Below, piece by piece: positions 42,901-57,662 of a stretch of DNA of 64,000 nt. The notes beneath the pieces were generated by a model. That model worked only from the letters and a program-made list of their open reading frames with translations, had not been told where the DNA came from and searched no databases. The stretch lies in assembly GCF_009914755.1 (NCBI RefSeq), contig NC_060938.1. The stretch is one strand, 5' to 3'. Made by a program: the position numbers and the translations under genes. Origin of the DNA: the human T2T-CHM13v2.0 reference genome, Homo sapiens. Numbering within the stretch: the first letter of the stretch is position 1; the number at the start of each line of letters is the position of its first letter.

Positions 42901-45900
42901 TAGGTGTCCAGGGACTTAATAATTTCCACTAGGCTTTCCAGTTTGTTAGCATATCGTTGTTCATAATAGTCTCCAAAGATCTTTTGTATTTCTATATAGT
43001 CACATGTAATATCTCCTTTTTTGTTTCTGATTCTGTTTATTTGGGTCTTCTCTCTGTTTTTCTTGATTGCTCTAGCTAATGGTTTATCTATTTTGTGTCT
43101 CTTTTTTAAAAAACTACTTTTTATTTTGTTGACTCTTTGTATCTTTTAAATTCTCTGATTTATTTATTTATTTATGCTGTAATTTTTTAAATTTCTTTTC
43201 TTCTAATTTTGGTTTTTGTTTCTTCTTGATTTTCTAGTTATTTGAGGTGAACAGATGTTTATTTGAAGTCTTTTTACCTTTTTGATGTAAGTATTTATTG
43301 CTATAAATTTCCCTCTAGGTACTGCTTTTGCTTTATCTTATAGGTTATTTCATATATTGTATTTCCATTTTCATTTGTTTAAAATTTTTTTTCTCTTAAT
43401 TTCTTCACTGACTCAATGGTTGTTCAGGAGCATTTTGCTTAATTTCCATGTATCTGTACACTTTCCAAACCTCCTATTGTTATTAATTTCTAGTTTTATT
43501 TCATTGTGGTCTGAATTGGTACATAATTTTTAAAAATTTGTTTAGACTTCTTTTGTGGTCTGACATATGGTCTATTCTGGAGAATGTTTCATGTGCTGAT
43601 GAGAAGAATGTATATTCTGCAGCTGTTGGATAAAATGTTCTGTTGATGACTATTAAGTCAATTTGGTCTAAAGTGAAGTTTAAATCTAATGTTTCTTTCT
43701 TAAGTTTCTATTTTGTAGATCTGCCTTATGCTAAGAGTTGACTTTTGAAGTTCTCAAATATTATTGTATTGAAGTCTATTTCTTCCTTTTATATCTAATA
43801 ATGCTTTATACATCTGATTGCTCTGGTGTTGGATATATATATATATATATATTTATCGAGAATTGTTATTATTCTCTTGCTGAATTGATCCCTTTGTCAT
43901 TATATAATGACCTTCTTTGTTTTATTTTACTGTTTTTGACTTTAAAGTATATTTTATCTGATATCAGTGTAACTAATTCTGCTCAGATTTGATTTCCATT
44001 TGCATAGAATATATTTTACCATCTCTTCGTTTCAGTCTATATGTATATTCATAGGCGAAGTGAGTTTTTTTGTAGGCAGCATATAGTTTTTCACTTTTTA
44101 AGAACCATTTAGCTAGTCTGTACATTTTAAGTTGGAAATTTAATCTGTTTACATTCAAGGTTATTATTGATATGTGAAGACTTATTCTTGTCAATTTGTT
44201 AATTGTTTTCTGGTCATTTTGTATATCATTTCTTTTCCTTTCTCTCTTTTTGCTTATTATTGTAACTTGGTGGTTTTGTGTAGTGGTACTCTTTGAGTTT
44301 TTTATGTCACTCATTTGTGTGTTTGCTCTGTCAGTGAGTTTTATAATTTTATGTGTTATCCTAGATGGTAGACATCATGCTTTTGTCCCCACATGTAAGA
44401 CTCCATTAAGCATTTCTTGTATGGCCTGTCTAGTGGTGATGAATTCTCTCAGTTTTTGCTTGTCTAGGAAAGATTTTATTTTTTTTTTCTTATTTATGAA
44501 GTATAGCTTTGCTGGGTATAGTATTCTTGCCTGATAGTTGCTTCCTTTCAGCACTTAAATAAATCATCCCATTTTCTTCTGGCCTGTAAAGTTTCTCCTG
44601 AGAAATGCATTGTTAACATTGTGAGAGTTCTCCTATATATGCTAGGTGCTTTTCTCTTGCTGTTTTTAGAAATCTTTCTTTGTCTTTGACTTTTGATACT
44701 TTGACAATAATGTGCCATGGAGAAGACTTTTTTGAGTTGTATCCATTTGGGACCTATAAGCTTCCTACATCCGGATGTCTAAAGCTCTTGCTACACTTGG
44801 ACATTTTTCAGCTATTACCTTGTTAAATAGGTTTTCTATGGCTTTAGGCTTTTCTTAAACTTCTTAAAAACTCAAAATTTGAACATTTGGTGGCTTTTGG
44901 CATTCCATGTGTTACATAATCTTTGTTCATTCTTTTCTTTTTTGTCTGACTGGGTTATTCCAAAAGATATATCTTCAAATTCTGAAATTCTTTTTTCTGC
45001 TTGATCCAGATTATTGTTGAAGCTCTCAAATGAGATTTTTTGTACTTCATCCATTAAAATATTCAGCAACAGGATTTTCATTTGCTTTTTTTTGTGTTAT
45101 TTATTTCTTTAATAAATTCCTCATTTATATCTTGAATTTTTTCTGATTTTCCTTTTATTGTTTATTTTTCTTCTCTTGTATCACACCTTGTGCTTTATTA
45201 TTATTACTTTGAATTATTTTTCTGGGATTTTATAAAGTGATTTTTGATTGAAATATTAATTAAAATATTTTGCTGAGGAATTATTGCATTTTTGTAGGTG
45301 TCATATTTCCTTGCTTTTTTATATTTCTCATGTCCTTATATTTATATCCATCCATCTGATGTAACAGTCACTTCTTCTAACTTTTTTGCCTTTCATAGGG
45401 AAATATTTTTTCCTAAATATATATTTATAGTGTTGGTTGAATAAGGCATTTTGACCTTGATTCTGGGTAAATGTAGTGGTAGTTTTTAATATGATTTTTT
45501 CAGCTGTAAATACAATCAGTGGTGTCTGACTTCTTTGCTGGCTTAGGCTACAGTTGATAGTAGAGGCTGTAGTGAGGTTTCCATCCACCTGAGGGATGCC
45601 AGGTGGGCCAGATCTCAGGCCCCAGTAGTGGAATCAATAAGCTAAGGATGCTTGTTATTGGGCCTCCAGGTAATATACATGAGCATTAATTGGTGTGAGT
45701 GGGTCTAAGCACACCAATTCTTGGGCCTCCAGAGAGTTTTTCTAGTGCCAAAAGTGGCAGCAGTGGGCTAGGTGTGGGGACGGGTGGGTCCTCATTGCCT
45801 TTGATGGCATGCATGGTCACAGTAGTAGCGGGACAACTCTCAGGTCCCCAGGTGGAAAGCATTTGTGTTAGTAGCGGCTGTGGTGGGCTGGGTGGGCCAG

Positions 45901-45910
45901 TCCTCAGTCC
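39985..45910 (-). mobile_element. near full-length L1MA (MA3-MA5-like), ORFs disrupted
   Basis: Antisense 3'UTR at 40000, ORF2 (RT 'atgtcatctgcaaa' at 42111; EN start ISIITLNVNRLN), ORF1 remnant FNNNLDQAEKRISEFED, GC-richer 5'UTR 45540-45910. Confidence 0.93.
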
Positions 45911-46233
45911 AGATTATTGCCTATAATCTGGGCCATAAAACAAGTGAAATACAAAGGAAGCAAACAATAATTAGAAGTGGTAGTAGCCAGCTCCACCATA
46001 AAGGAACTTATGGGGTGTTGTTAAGTGGAAAAAGGATACAAGCCTAAGGAGATGGTTTGAAGTATAACACTGAATCTCCTAGCAAACATCTTGCTTACTG
46101 AAAATCTGTTTTATCTTGGCCTTGTTGATATTTATTAAAAATAAAATGAAAGTTTAAAAATCCTGTTTTTCTTATCCCAGGGAGAGAAGAATAGGTAAGT
46201 AGGCCAAATATGGCTAACACTGAAAATCTGCAA

Positions 46234-46290
46234 AGGAAGGAAGGAAAGAGGGAGGGAGGGAAGGAAGGAAGGAAGGAAGGAAGGAGGGAA
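46234..46290. repeat. (GGAA)n/(GGGA)n simple repeat
   Basis: Direct reading. Confidence 0.9.
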
Positions 46291-46376
46291 AAAATAAAAA
46301 TAAATGGTATGTATAAATTGTAACATCATTGATAATACATGGGAGTTCCTGTTTTCTTAAATTATGGCCACCAATG

Positions 46377-46718
46377 GTGTCAGGCTGTTATAGCAAAATA
46401 TCATAAACTAGGTGGCTTATAAAAAAGAGAAATTTATTTCTCACACTTCTGGAGGCTGGGAAGTGCAAAATAAGGTACAAACAGATTTGATGTCTGGTGT
46501 GGGCATGTTTCCCTGGTTCATAGATATCAACTTTTTGCTGTCCTCACATGGTGCTAGCTAGCTTTCTCAGGTCTTTTTATAAGGACATTAATCCTAATTA
46601 TGAAGACTATGCCCACCTTATCTTCTTCCAAAGGCCCCAGTTTTGAATATCATCACCATGAGAATTAGGATTTCAACATAACGAGTGTTGTGAAAACATA
46701 AACATTCAGATCATAACA
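46377..46718 (-). mobile_element. MLT1A-like solo LTR
   Basis: 'aaatttatttctcacacttctggaggctgggaag...aaacattcagatcataaca'. Confidence 0.85.
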
Positions 46719-46973
46719 AGTGGGTATTACTAATCCTTTTAAATTTATATATTATTTTAAAACAATGTATTAGCTTTAAAATAATTTAATGTGTTTTTAT
46801 ATAATCATAACACTAGGTTACTATAAAACATTTGTAAATTACAGAAAATTGTTCATACAGAACATTTGTAGAGCTGCAGAAAAGAATAAATAAAACAAAC
46901 ATTATTAACAAACCAAACACCCAAGGATACAGTAAAATATGGACAGTGGTTATTTACCCTTAAAGAGATTATA

Positions 46974-47030
<57 letters not shown>
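46974..47030. repeat. (TG)n(TA)n microsatellite
   Basis: Direct reading. Confidence 0.97.
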
Positions 47031-47034
<4 letters not shown>

Positions 47035-47168
47035 TTGAAACTTACACATATTTCTAGAGAATGTTTTATTATGACTCTTTAATTAGTACTAAACATTTAA
47101 ACATTTTATTAAATATTCTCTCACATTGTGATTTTTAATGGCAGCATAGTTTTCTACTTTATACCAAG

Positions 47169-47527
47169 TGCTGTGTTCTGAACGTTTGTGTGCACTTCCC
47201 CCATAATTCACATGTTGAAATTCCTTACCCTCAAGGTTGTGGAGTTAGAACAAAAGGAAATGATTAGGTTATGAGGGTGGAGCCCCCCAAAATGGGATTA
47301 GTGCCCTTACAAAAGAGGTCCTAGAGCTGTTTTGCCCCTTCCATCTTGTGAGGAAATAGTTAAAAGACATTGTCTATGAGAAACAGACCCTCACCAGACA
47401 CCAGATATGCTAGTATCTTGATTTTAGACTTGCAGCCTCTAGAACTGTAGAAACACATTTCAGCTGTTTACAATATTGCTACTCATTTTTTAACATTTTG
47501 TTGTAGCAGCCCAAATGGACTAAGACA
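47169..47527 (+). mobile_element. MLT1A-like solo LTR
   Basis: 'atgagggtggagccccc...gggattagtgccctt...gcagcccaaatggactaagaca'. Confidence 0.85.
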
Positions 47528-47761
47528 CTGTGCTATAATTTATTTTTTTATATTAAGATTTATTCTAAATTTTGATTCTTCTAAATATAGTATATATTTA
47601 GTATATATATAATGCACCTCTCTTACCTAATGATCATTTCTAAATAATCATAACAACATCGAGTAAAACTATGTAATAACACATATTATTATTAAGATAA
47701 GTATAAGAAATATAATAATAAATTGTCCCTGTTCTAAAAGGTAATTATATAATGCTGAATG

Positions 47762-48282
47762 TGTCAGAGGCATTCGAACCAGAGTGACTCCATTTTGAGT
47801 GAGGGCTAGGAAAATGAGGCTGAGACTTGCTGGGATGCATTCTCAGAAAGTTAGGCATTCCTAGCCTCTAGATGTTTATGGTTAGGGGAATAAATTAATA
47901 ATGTTTACTAAAACAGACTCCGACTTGGGAGTGTCCAGATATCCTAATATCTGGAGAACAAAGGCATTCCTAATTTTTCTTTAAAGATAATAATGTTGAT
48001 TCTTGGAAAATACAGTCATTAAGAAAATTAATCCTTTATCACAAACCCTTGTAGCAGAACACATCTGCCCATATATACAAGCATTGTACCTAGGATGGAT
48101 TCCTTCATCCTCTTACTTTCAGGAACTCCCTACTCTGTCTATGGAGTAGCTATACTTTCATCACTTTATTTTCTTAATAATCCTGCTTTTACTTTGCACT
48201 GTGGACTCGCCCTGAATTCTTTCTTGCACAAGATCCAAGAACCTTCTCTTGGGGTCTGGATCCAGACCCCTGTCCTGTAACA
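47762..48282 (+). mobile_element. MER41-family ERV1 5' LTR (C/D-like)
   Basis: 'tgtcagaggcattcgaaccagagtgactccatttt...gagacttgctggg' start and '...ggatccagacccctgtcctgtaaca' end; followed by a PBS. Confidence 0.9.
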
Positions 48283-48288
48283 TATTTC

Positions 48289-48306
48289 TGGTGACCCAGA
48301 TGGGAT
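48289..48306 (+). other. retroviral primer-binding site, tRNA-Arg-like
   Basis: tggtgacccagatgggat just after the LTR; resembles the complement of the tRNA-Arg(CCG) 3' end (tggcgacccagatgggac, recalled). Confidence 0.7.
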
Positions 48307-49399
48307 TATAGTGCAGAAATCCTGACCCAATGGCTACATTTGGGTAAGTGTTGTGGTACTGTAACATATTTCTGGTCAACTATGGAAGGGACAATATTGA
48401 AGGACCCCACCCCCTCCAACCCTCAAAATAGACTGCAGCACTGATTGGATGACTGGGTAAGTGGTAGGTACCCAGGTAAAGAATAAGATTGGGTTAGAGG
48501 CTCAACTTAGGGGAGTTAGAATCTTTCCTAAGACAGAATGGGTAGAGGCCCCTCTTAATAAAAGGCAAGCATGCTTGACTAACCTCAGGTTAGAGACCTG
48601 ACTTAGGAGGGTTAGAGTCTCTTCTAAGATTTAGGGGGTTAGAGGCCTTCTCAGTAAAGTCCTTCTCAGCTAAAAATGGATTTGGCACCACAGGCTATGC
48701 TCTTTGTATTAATCTGCCTTGTCCTCCTTGTTGCACAAGTCAATTTGTTGGTCTCTGTTTCACTGTCATTTTCAGGAGACTTTATTAACTGGTCTTAGGG
48801 ATTTTAACTTCCTCTCTTCCTATGTGCCTCCCGATATCCATCTGTCTGCTTGTGAAACATTGGGAACAAAAAGCAATGAAGGCTCTGTCTCTAAGATTGT
48901 TGATTGAGATTTGGTATTTAACAGCTATGAGCAATAAGATTAGATAGATATGGTTATATTTTGTTGCTGCTATGCTGACTAGCTGTGATCGAGAAGCACT
49001 AGGATGGAAATTAGGGGACTCTTCTCCTTGCTGTTTTGTTTCATATTGGACACTAAAAAAACTTCTTTCTTTTCTTGGATTCAGGCAAACCAGCTTTGCT
49101 TGTACAATCCACACTGCTACTATTGCCCAGAACCTGCTTGCTCTGGTCATTCCCATCTAAATCCTCTTCATTTCCTTTGCCTTATTCGACATTTTTATTG
49201 AAGTCCATGTTGTCGTTTATCTAAGATTCATGGCTTTTATGTTATGTTATTTAAGTTATTTGGATAATGTGAATCATGTTTGACTAGAGGAAAGGAAGAA
49301 AAGAGCTAAACATACTAGACAATCCTTTAATGTAAGCCGCCCTGGTTCAGCGGACAGTTTGGGGTGGAGCAAAACCTCCTTCTGTCAGCTCTGAAAATT

Positions 49400-50533
49400 C
49401 AGATGTGTCAGTTCTTTCTCCCTCTAGCTCAACTGAAAGTTCTATTGAGAACCCTTCATACCCTCCCCCATACATTTCTAGTCCCACTGTATACCCATCG
49501 CTCCCTGAGGAACTTAGCCCAATGAATACTACTCGTAGTGGAGCCTCCTATCCACCTCCAAAGGAAAATCTTTGTCCCCTTAGAAAGGTGGCAAACAGAG
49601 AAGAAGGCACTGTGAGAATACATGTTCCCTTTTCTTGGCCTGATTTGGCTCTATGTAATTTCTCTGAAGATACAGGAAGATTCATCATAAGTTTGAGAAA
49701 TTAACTCTGACCTATAGTTTAACTTGGCAGGCTCTGCATGTTTGGTTGTCTTTGTGTTGTACAGTGGAAGAGAAACAATGCATTTTGGGGACAGCTATGG
49801 CCCATGCAGATGAGATATTGGCTCACAGTCCGAACCATAATATATATCAGGCAGGAGATATAGCAGTTCCAGCTCAAGACCCATAGTGGAACTATCAAAG
49901 GGCAGTGAGGACTTGGGGAGGAGAGATCATATGGTCACCTGTTAGATGGAAGGGATGAAGAAATGTATGAAGAAGTCTGTTAACTATTAAAAGGTTAAGG
50001 AAGTTTCTCAGAGTGAAGATGAGAATCCAACTTTGTTTTGAGGGCATTTAGTTGAGTCAATTAGGAAATATACTAACACTGATCCTACCTCAAGGGAAGG
50101 ACAAACCCTTTTGGGACTACATTTTATAACCCGATCTGCTCCTGAAATACATAGGAAACTACAAACAGCAGCTATGTGTCCCCAAGCTCCTAAGGAACAG
50201 CTTTTGGATATGGCATTTTTAGTTTTTACTAACAAGGACAAAGCAGAGGAAGCAGAAAGAGCAAGAAGGACCTCCCACAAGGTGCAGCTGTTGGCTGCAT
50301 CCTTAAGTGCACCTCCCAAATGGGGCTGCTCTCCTGGCTCTTGGCCTGAACAAGGGAAGCTGAAAGGTGGGAAGCCCAAAGCTGGGTGTCCGAGTCACCA
50401 TGCCTTGGGCATGAATCAATGTGCACACTGTAAGAAAACTGGCCATTTGAAGAGGGATTGCCCAGCATACCGAAGGGAGCCATCGGCAGCCGAACCAATG
50501 ATGGCAGAAATAGCCAGGCAATCCCAAAAGTGA
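49400..50533 (+). pseudogene. gag: gammaretrovirus-like gag remnant (proline-rich region, CA, NC)
   Basis: PPPY late-domain motif, SAPEIHRKLQ, zinc knuckle CAHCKKTGHLKRDC (CX2CX4HX4C); frameshifts and stops upstream. Confidence 0.92.
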
Positions 50534-50579
50534 TGGAGCCTGAGAGCTTCCGCCACAGCTCTCAGACAACTAGCCATAT

Positions 50580-52870
<2,291 letters not shown>

Positions 52871-53090
52871 TTTCCTGTAACAAATGTTTATGGCTGTTGT
52901 AAGATTTTCACATATATTATTAGGTTAATTTTGAGGGTTTATTTCAATTTTCATTTCCATTAGAAGGGTATCTTCCTAATATTGAGTATCCATTTTTATT
53001 CAGTGCCAAACTTTTGTGAATTAGCTCTTCAAAAAAGTTTACTGTTGCTTTTTGTCTCCTTCTTCTTCTCTCTCTCCTCTCTTTTATTTT

Positions 53091-53223
53091 GTATATATAT
53101 ATTTATATATATATATGTATATACACACACCACACATAGATATATGTTTATATGTATATACACACACACACACATGCTCAAGGATATATATACACATATA
53201 CATATATATCCATATATATATAT
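53091..53223. repeat. (TA)/(CA) compound low-complexity repeat
   Basis: Direct reading. Confidence 0.9.
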
Positions 53224-53224
53224 C

Positions 53225-53392
53225 CCTGACTATAAATTTCTACTTGCCCATGCTGTATTCAGAGTTGAACTCAGTCTCTCTCCCTCATTGCAAGACCCCA
53301 TTGCAGTAGTTCCTATACCTCTCACAATAGTCCTGAACAAAGTTTTTCTTACCATGATTTAACAATTATCATTGAATAATCTTTCTTTAACA
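53225..53392 (+). mobile_element. MER31-like LTR 3' part
   Basis: 'ctataaatttctacttgcccatgctgtattcagagttga...gaataatctttctttaaca'. Confidence 0.75.
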
Positions 53393-53586
53393 GTTCAAGC
53401 ACAAGTTACAGTGTTATTGATGAGTTCAATGATAATAAATCAACCATATGTATTGAATAAGGTGCCAATACAAATAAACACACATAAAACAAAGTTATGT
53501 ATTGATTGCTTGATGAAAATATGATCAGAGGCTTACAGGAACCTAACCTTCCATTTTCTTTAGAAACAATGTTCAATATTTATTCA
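53393..53586 (+). mobile_element. Tigger7/MER44-like DNA transposon fragment
   Basis: 'tgagttcaatgataataaatcaac...acacacataaaacaaagttatgtattgat...caggaacctaacc'. Confidence 0.7.
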
Positions 53587-54875
53587 TATATGTGTCCGTG
53601 TGTGGGTATATAATTAACCTGCATTCCATCTGTTTTTAACTATTTTTTTCACTTTTCTTGCTTTTTAACTCATTTTTGCTTTTTAATTGATTTAGTTCAT
53701 TGTTTGATTCAGAGAAAAACTCTTCTGTAAATTTTACTTTACTTTATATATAAGAAACCTGTCCCTATCTTATGAACTAATACATATGTTCCCATATTTT
53801 CTTATGGTTGAATGATTTATTTTTTCATTCGACTCTAGTACATCTGGATTTCATTTTTTTTAGTGTAAGGTACATAGCACTGTTGTTTAAGAAATGTGCT
53901 CTGTAATTAAAATGTTTCCTTTTGTTTCACATACCAAAGGCAAATAAAACTAATACACCAGGGTCCTGTCACACATTTTACTTCTTTTGAAGGTATCTCT
54001 TTGTTAGTTAAATACATCATGATTGGTAAAATACGGTTTCCAACCTCTCACTTTGCTGAAATGTTTAATTTGGGAGTAAACATCAACTTTAAAGCAACCA
54101 GGTAAAATATTTTAGTTTTAGTTTATTGTTTGTGTGGAAATATTTAAATTGTTATTTGTTTTGCTTGGGGCATTTTGTTTATTATTTCACAGTACGGCAA
54201 ATTCCAAAGGCATCCTTTGCATTTCAATGAGTAGAGTAAGTCCTCAACAGCTGACTGTAGGCTTTTTGCCTCTTTGATTCTTGGAATGTGACACCATTCG
54301 ACTGCCCTAGACATCAAAGTATCCCTGGCAGGCATGGCAGGAATTGACATTGGCTGCACTCCTTGGGTCTAGCTACAGAGCATGGGCAAGAATCATCTCT
54401 ACTCATATGCTTAGTGCAGGGATCACTGCATCAAAATTCTGAGTCTGTTGTTTGAAATAAACAACTTAATCCACTTAATCCTGCTTCCCTACTGAGTCTT
54501 TCCTTTGAAACACCAAAGACAAAACTAAAAAGTACTTGAGAAACTTCTTTGAGACTTGCTACCTATGCTCAAAAGCCAAAGGAACAAGGTAGTCTCCTTT
54601 CAAATGTATATGTCAACTTGTACTTGGCATTCACTGTAAACAATTCTGTGTGCCAAGAACCAGCATGAGGAGAACAGCAAGAACATCAGAATACATGCTC
54701 TGCAGGACATGAAGGTCTTTCTGCAGCACACAATATTGTCAATATCTATCTAGGAATCTTCTGCACTATGAAGTATTCTTAATTCAGTAAGTGTTATGCT
54801 TATGGCTATAAAATACAATCTTCTTAGTGTTTATAATTTTTTTAACAAGAAGGACAAAAAGGATAAATGTGTCTT

Positions 54876-55294
54876 TGTCAGGCCTCTGAGACAAAGCTAA
54901 GCCATCATATCCCCTGTGACCTGCACGTACACATCCACATGGCCGGTTCCTGCCTTAACTGATGACATTCCACCACAAAAGAAGTGAAAATGGCCTGTTC
55001 CTGCCTTAACTGATGACATTACCTTGTGAAATCCCTTTTCCTGGCTCATCCTGGCTCAAAAGCTCCCCAACTGAGCACCTTTTGACCCCCACCACTGCCT
55101 GCCAGAGAACAACCCCCTTTGACTGTAATTTTCCTTTACCTACCCAAATCCTATAAAACGGCCCCACCCCATCTCCCTTCACTGACTCTCTTTTCGGCCT
55201 CAGCCCGCCTGCACCCAGGTGAAATAAACAGCCTTGTTGCTCACACAAAGTCTGTTTGGCTGTTTGGTGGTCTCTTCACACGGACGCGCACAAA
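54876..55294 (+). mobile_element. LTR7 (HERV-H) solo LTR
   Basis: 'tgtcaggcctctgag...cctgccttaactgatgacatt' twice, TATA 'ctataaaac', 'aataaa'; perfect TSD gtctt. Confidence 0.97.
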
Positions 55295-55474
55295 GTCTTA
55301 TCTTATATTTCTAAACTATATTGGACAACAAATTCCAAATAGGAACTTCCGACTTTAGGCATGCACGGAAAAAATTTCTAGTACCAAATCTATATTTCTC
55401 AGAAAAAAAATTCACCAGATATGTAGACTAGAGTATCAACAACAGATAGTTTAACAAGATAGCTAGTAAAGTAT

Positions 55475-56079
55475 TGATAAGGCTCCGATAAGTGGAAAAA
55501 CACCGGGTTCTTCGTCTCGAGTTGAATTGGAGAAAATGACACGGACACATGTGGAGCAGAGAGTTTAATAGGCAAGAAAGAAGGGGGAAAGAAGAAGCTC
55601 CCCTGTGCACAGACAGAGGGAGGGGCCTCCAAAGCAGAAAGAGGGAACCCCACTTTCAGGTAATATCAGCCAGCTATATTTGATGGCTGGAGGAGGCGGT
55701 GTCTGATTTGCATAGGGCTCAGGGGATTGGTTTGACTAGGGATGTTATTCACGTAGCCCCCGAAAAAACTGGCCCTTCCACCCTAGCCTTTTAATACTCA
55801 AATGCAGGGCGCCATGATGTTCCACACACGTAGGGATATGTGGGGGTGGCCATGCTGCCAGGCACATGTGGGGGCAAGGGCGAGAGGACAATGGTGGGAA
55901 TCACCATGTTGGGTGGACCAGTTTCTTATGGCTGGCATTTGCATATCAAAGGTGGCCAGCAGGGTCTAAGAGCCAGAACTTTCGTGCTAGACAAGAGCTG
56001 CAAAAAAAAAAAATCTTCCAAGGACCCCTTTTTTTCCTCTCTATCTGCCTAAAATAATTTCTTAATAACTACTACCACA
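55475..56079 (-). mobile_element. LTR9-family (HUERS-P3) solo LTR
   Basis: 'ggaggaggcggtgtctgatttgcatagggctcaggggattgg' and 'ctatctgcctaaaataatttcttaataac'; flanks gtat/gtgt. Confidence 0.85.
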
Positions 56080-56400
56080 GTGTCTGTAAGAATCTATCTG
56101 CTATCTTTGAAGACTCTTAAGCCAATTGCCACAACTTGGATAAGAAATGGATTTAAATTTGGTTTTCTTTATTTGTTTAAACTGGGGTTATCTCCACAGA
56201 TTTCTTTCTGGGCAACATGATTTAGATTCTTTCTCCCTAAAACTGTCAGACTAGTATTACTGAACACCACATTCTCCATGTTATTTGACTACTCAAAAAA
56301 TCTCTGACAGACACCAATTTCCTAGTGCGTCGATTCTGAAGTACTCTGGTTTTATGTCCCATGCATCATAACACAGATGTTATTATGATATTTTACTTAA

Positions 56401-57091
56401 TGTCTTAGTGAGTTTGGGTTGCAATAACAGGATATCATAGACTGGGTGGCTTATAAACAAAGAAATGTATTTCTTACAAGTAGATTTATTAGTGCTGAAA
56501 GCTATGAGGAACAAGCTGTCACATTCAGTATCTGGTATGTACTGACTTCTGGTTCAGAGAGCCTGCACCCAATGTCCTCACATGGTAGAAGGGATAAATG
56601 AGGTCTCTGGGGTCACTTTTGTAAGGACATTTATTCCAGTCATGAGGGAGACTTACCTACAAAAGGCCCCACCTCCAAATACCGTCTTATTGGTGTCTTG
56701 GTCTGTTCAGGCTACCATAACAAAATACCTCAGACTGAGTGACCTATAAACACCAGAAATTCATGGGTCACAGTTCTGGTAGCTGGAAAGGTCAAGCTCA
56801 AGATGTCAGCTGATTTGGTGATGATGCCTCCTAGCTGTGTTATCACATAATGGGAAGAAATAAACAGGCTCCCTCAGGCCTCTTTTATATGGGATCAAAT
56901 CTCTTTCATAAGCACTCTGTCTACACAATTTAATCACTTCCCCCAAAGCCCCAACTCTTAATACTATCGCATTGAAGATTCGTTTTCAATATGAATTTTG
57001 GGTGAAGGACACAAACATTCAGATCATAGCAATTGGGGATTATGTTTCAACATATGAATTTTAGGGGGACACAAACATTCCAATTTATAGC
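56401..57091 (-). mobile_element. MLT1A-like LTR split by a nested MaLR LTR
   Basis: Halves 56401-56693 and 57032-57091 join in register. Confidence 0.8.
56694..57031 (-). mobile_element. MSTC/MSTD-like LTR nested in MLT1A
   Basis: tgtcttgg...agatcatagca termini with perfect TSD attgg. Confidence 0.85.
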
Positions 57092-57662
57092 CTCTGATCT
57101 AATTTTCTATACCCTCAAGACTATGTCGTATCCTTTAGTTTTCTTTCTATTTCTATCTACCTGCTGTACTCATTTAGTTGTTCTTATCTGTGGTAATCTG
57201 AATTACCATCATTAATCTGTGTTATATCTTAAATTTTCTATACTTATCTACCTTTCACATTCTAATAGATTTACAATTTAGCAATTGTTATGGGGATTAG
57301 GTTTGTTGTCCCAAATAACTTGCAAGTCCTCTGAAGGTATGAATTACGTATTATTATTTCCTGTTTCTAAGACACGTTGAACAAGACAACTTGCATTTAA
57401 GAAAGTAAAGAACAGGGGATGATGATGGTGATAAAAATTGACAAAGACATTTTACTTTTACTATTAGATAATGATGAGTAACAAAAATGTTTGTGGAAAT
57501 GGCTTTTTAAACTTCAATTTTGATGTTTTAAAATTTTAATTTACTATGTACTCATCAAAAAAACTTTGAATACAATTAGAAAAAGGGGTAAAATGCTTAA
57601 CAAAGATTATGTGGGTGAGATGATTTACAGGATATTTTATTTTATTCCCTCTCAATTCATTG

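Noticed and set aside
50111-50533. 140-aa Gag CA/NC ORF as a domesticated gene
   Set aside because: It starts at a non-ATG codon, upstream gag carries stops and frameshifts, and the length fits neutral decay.
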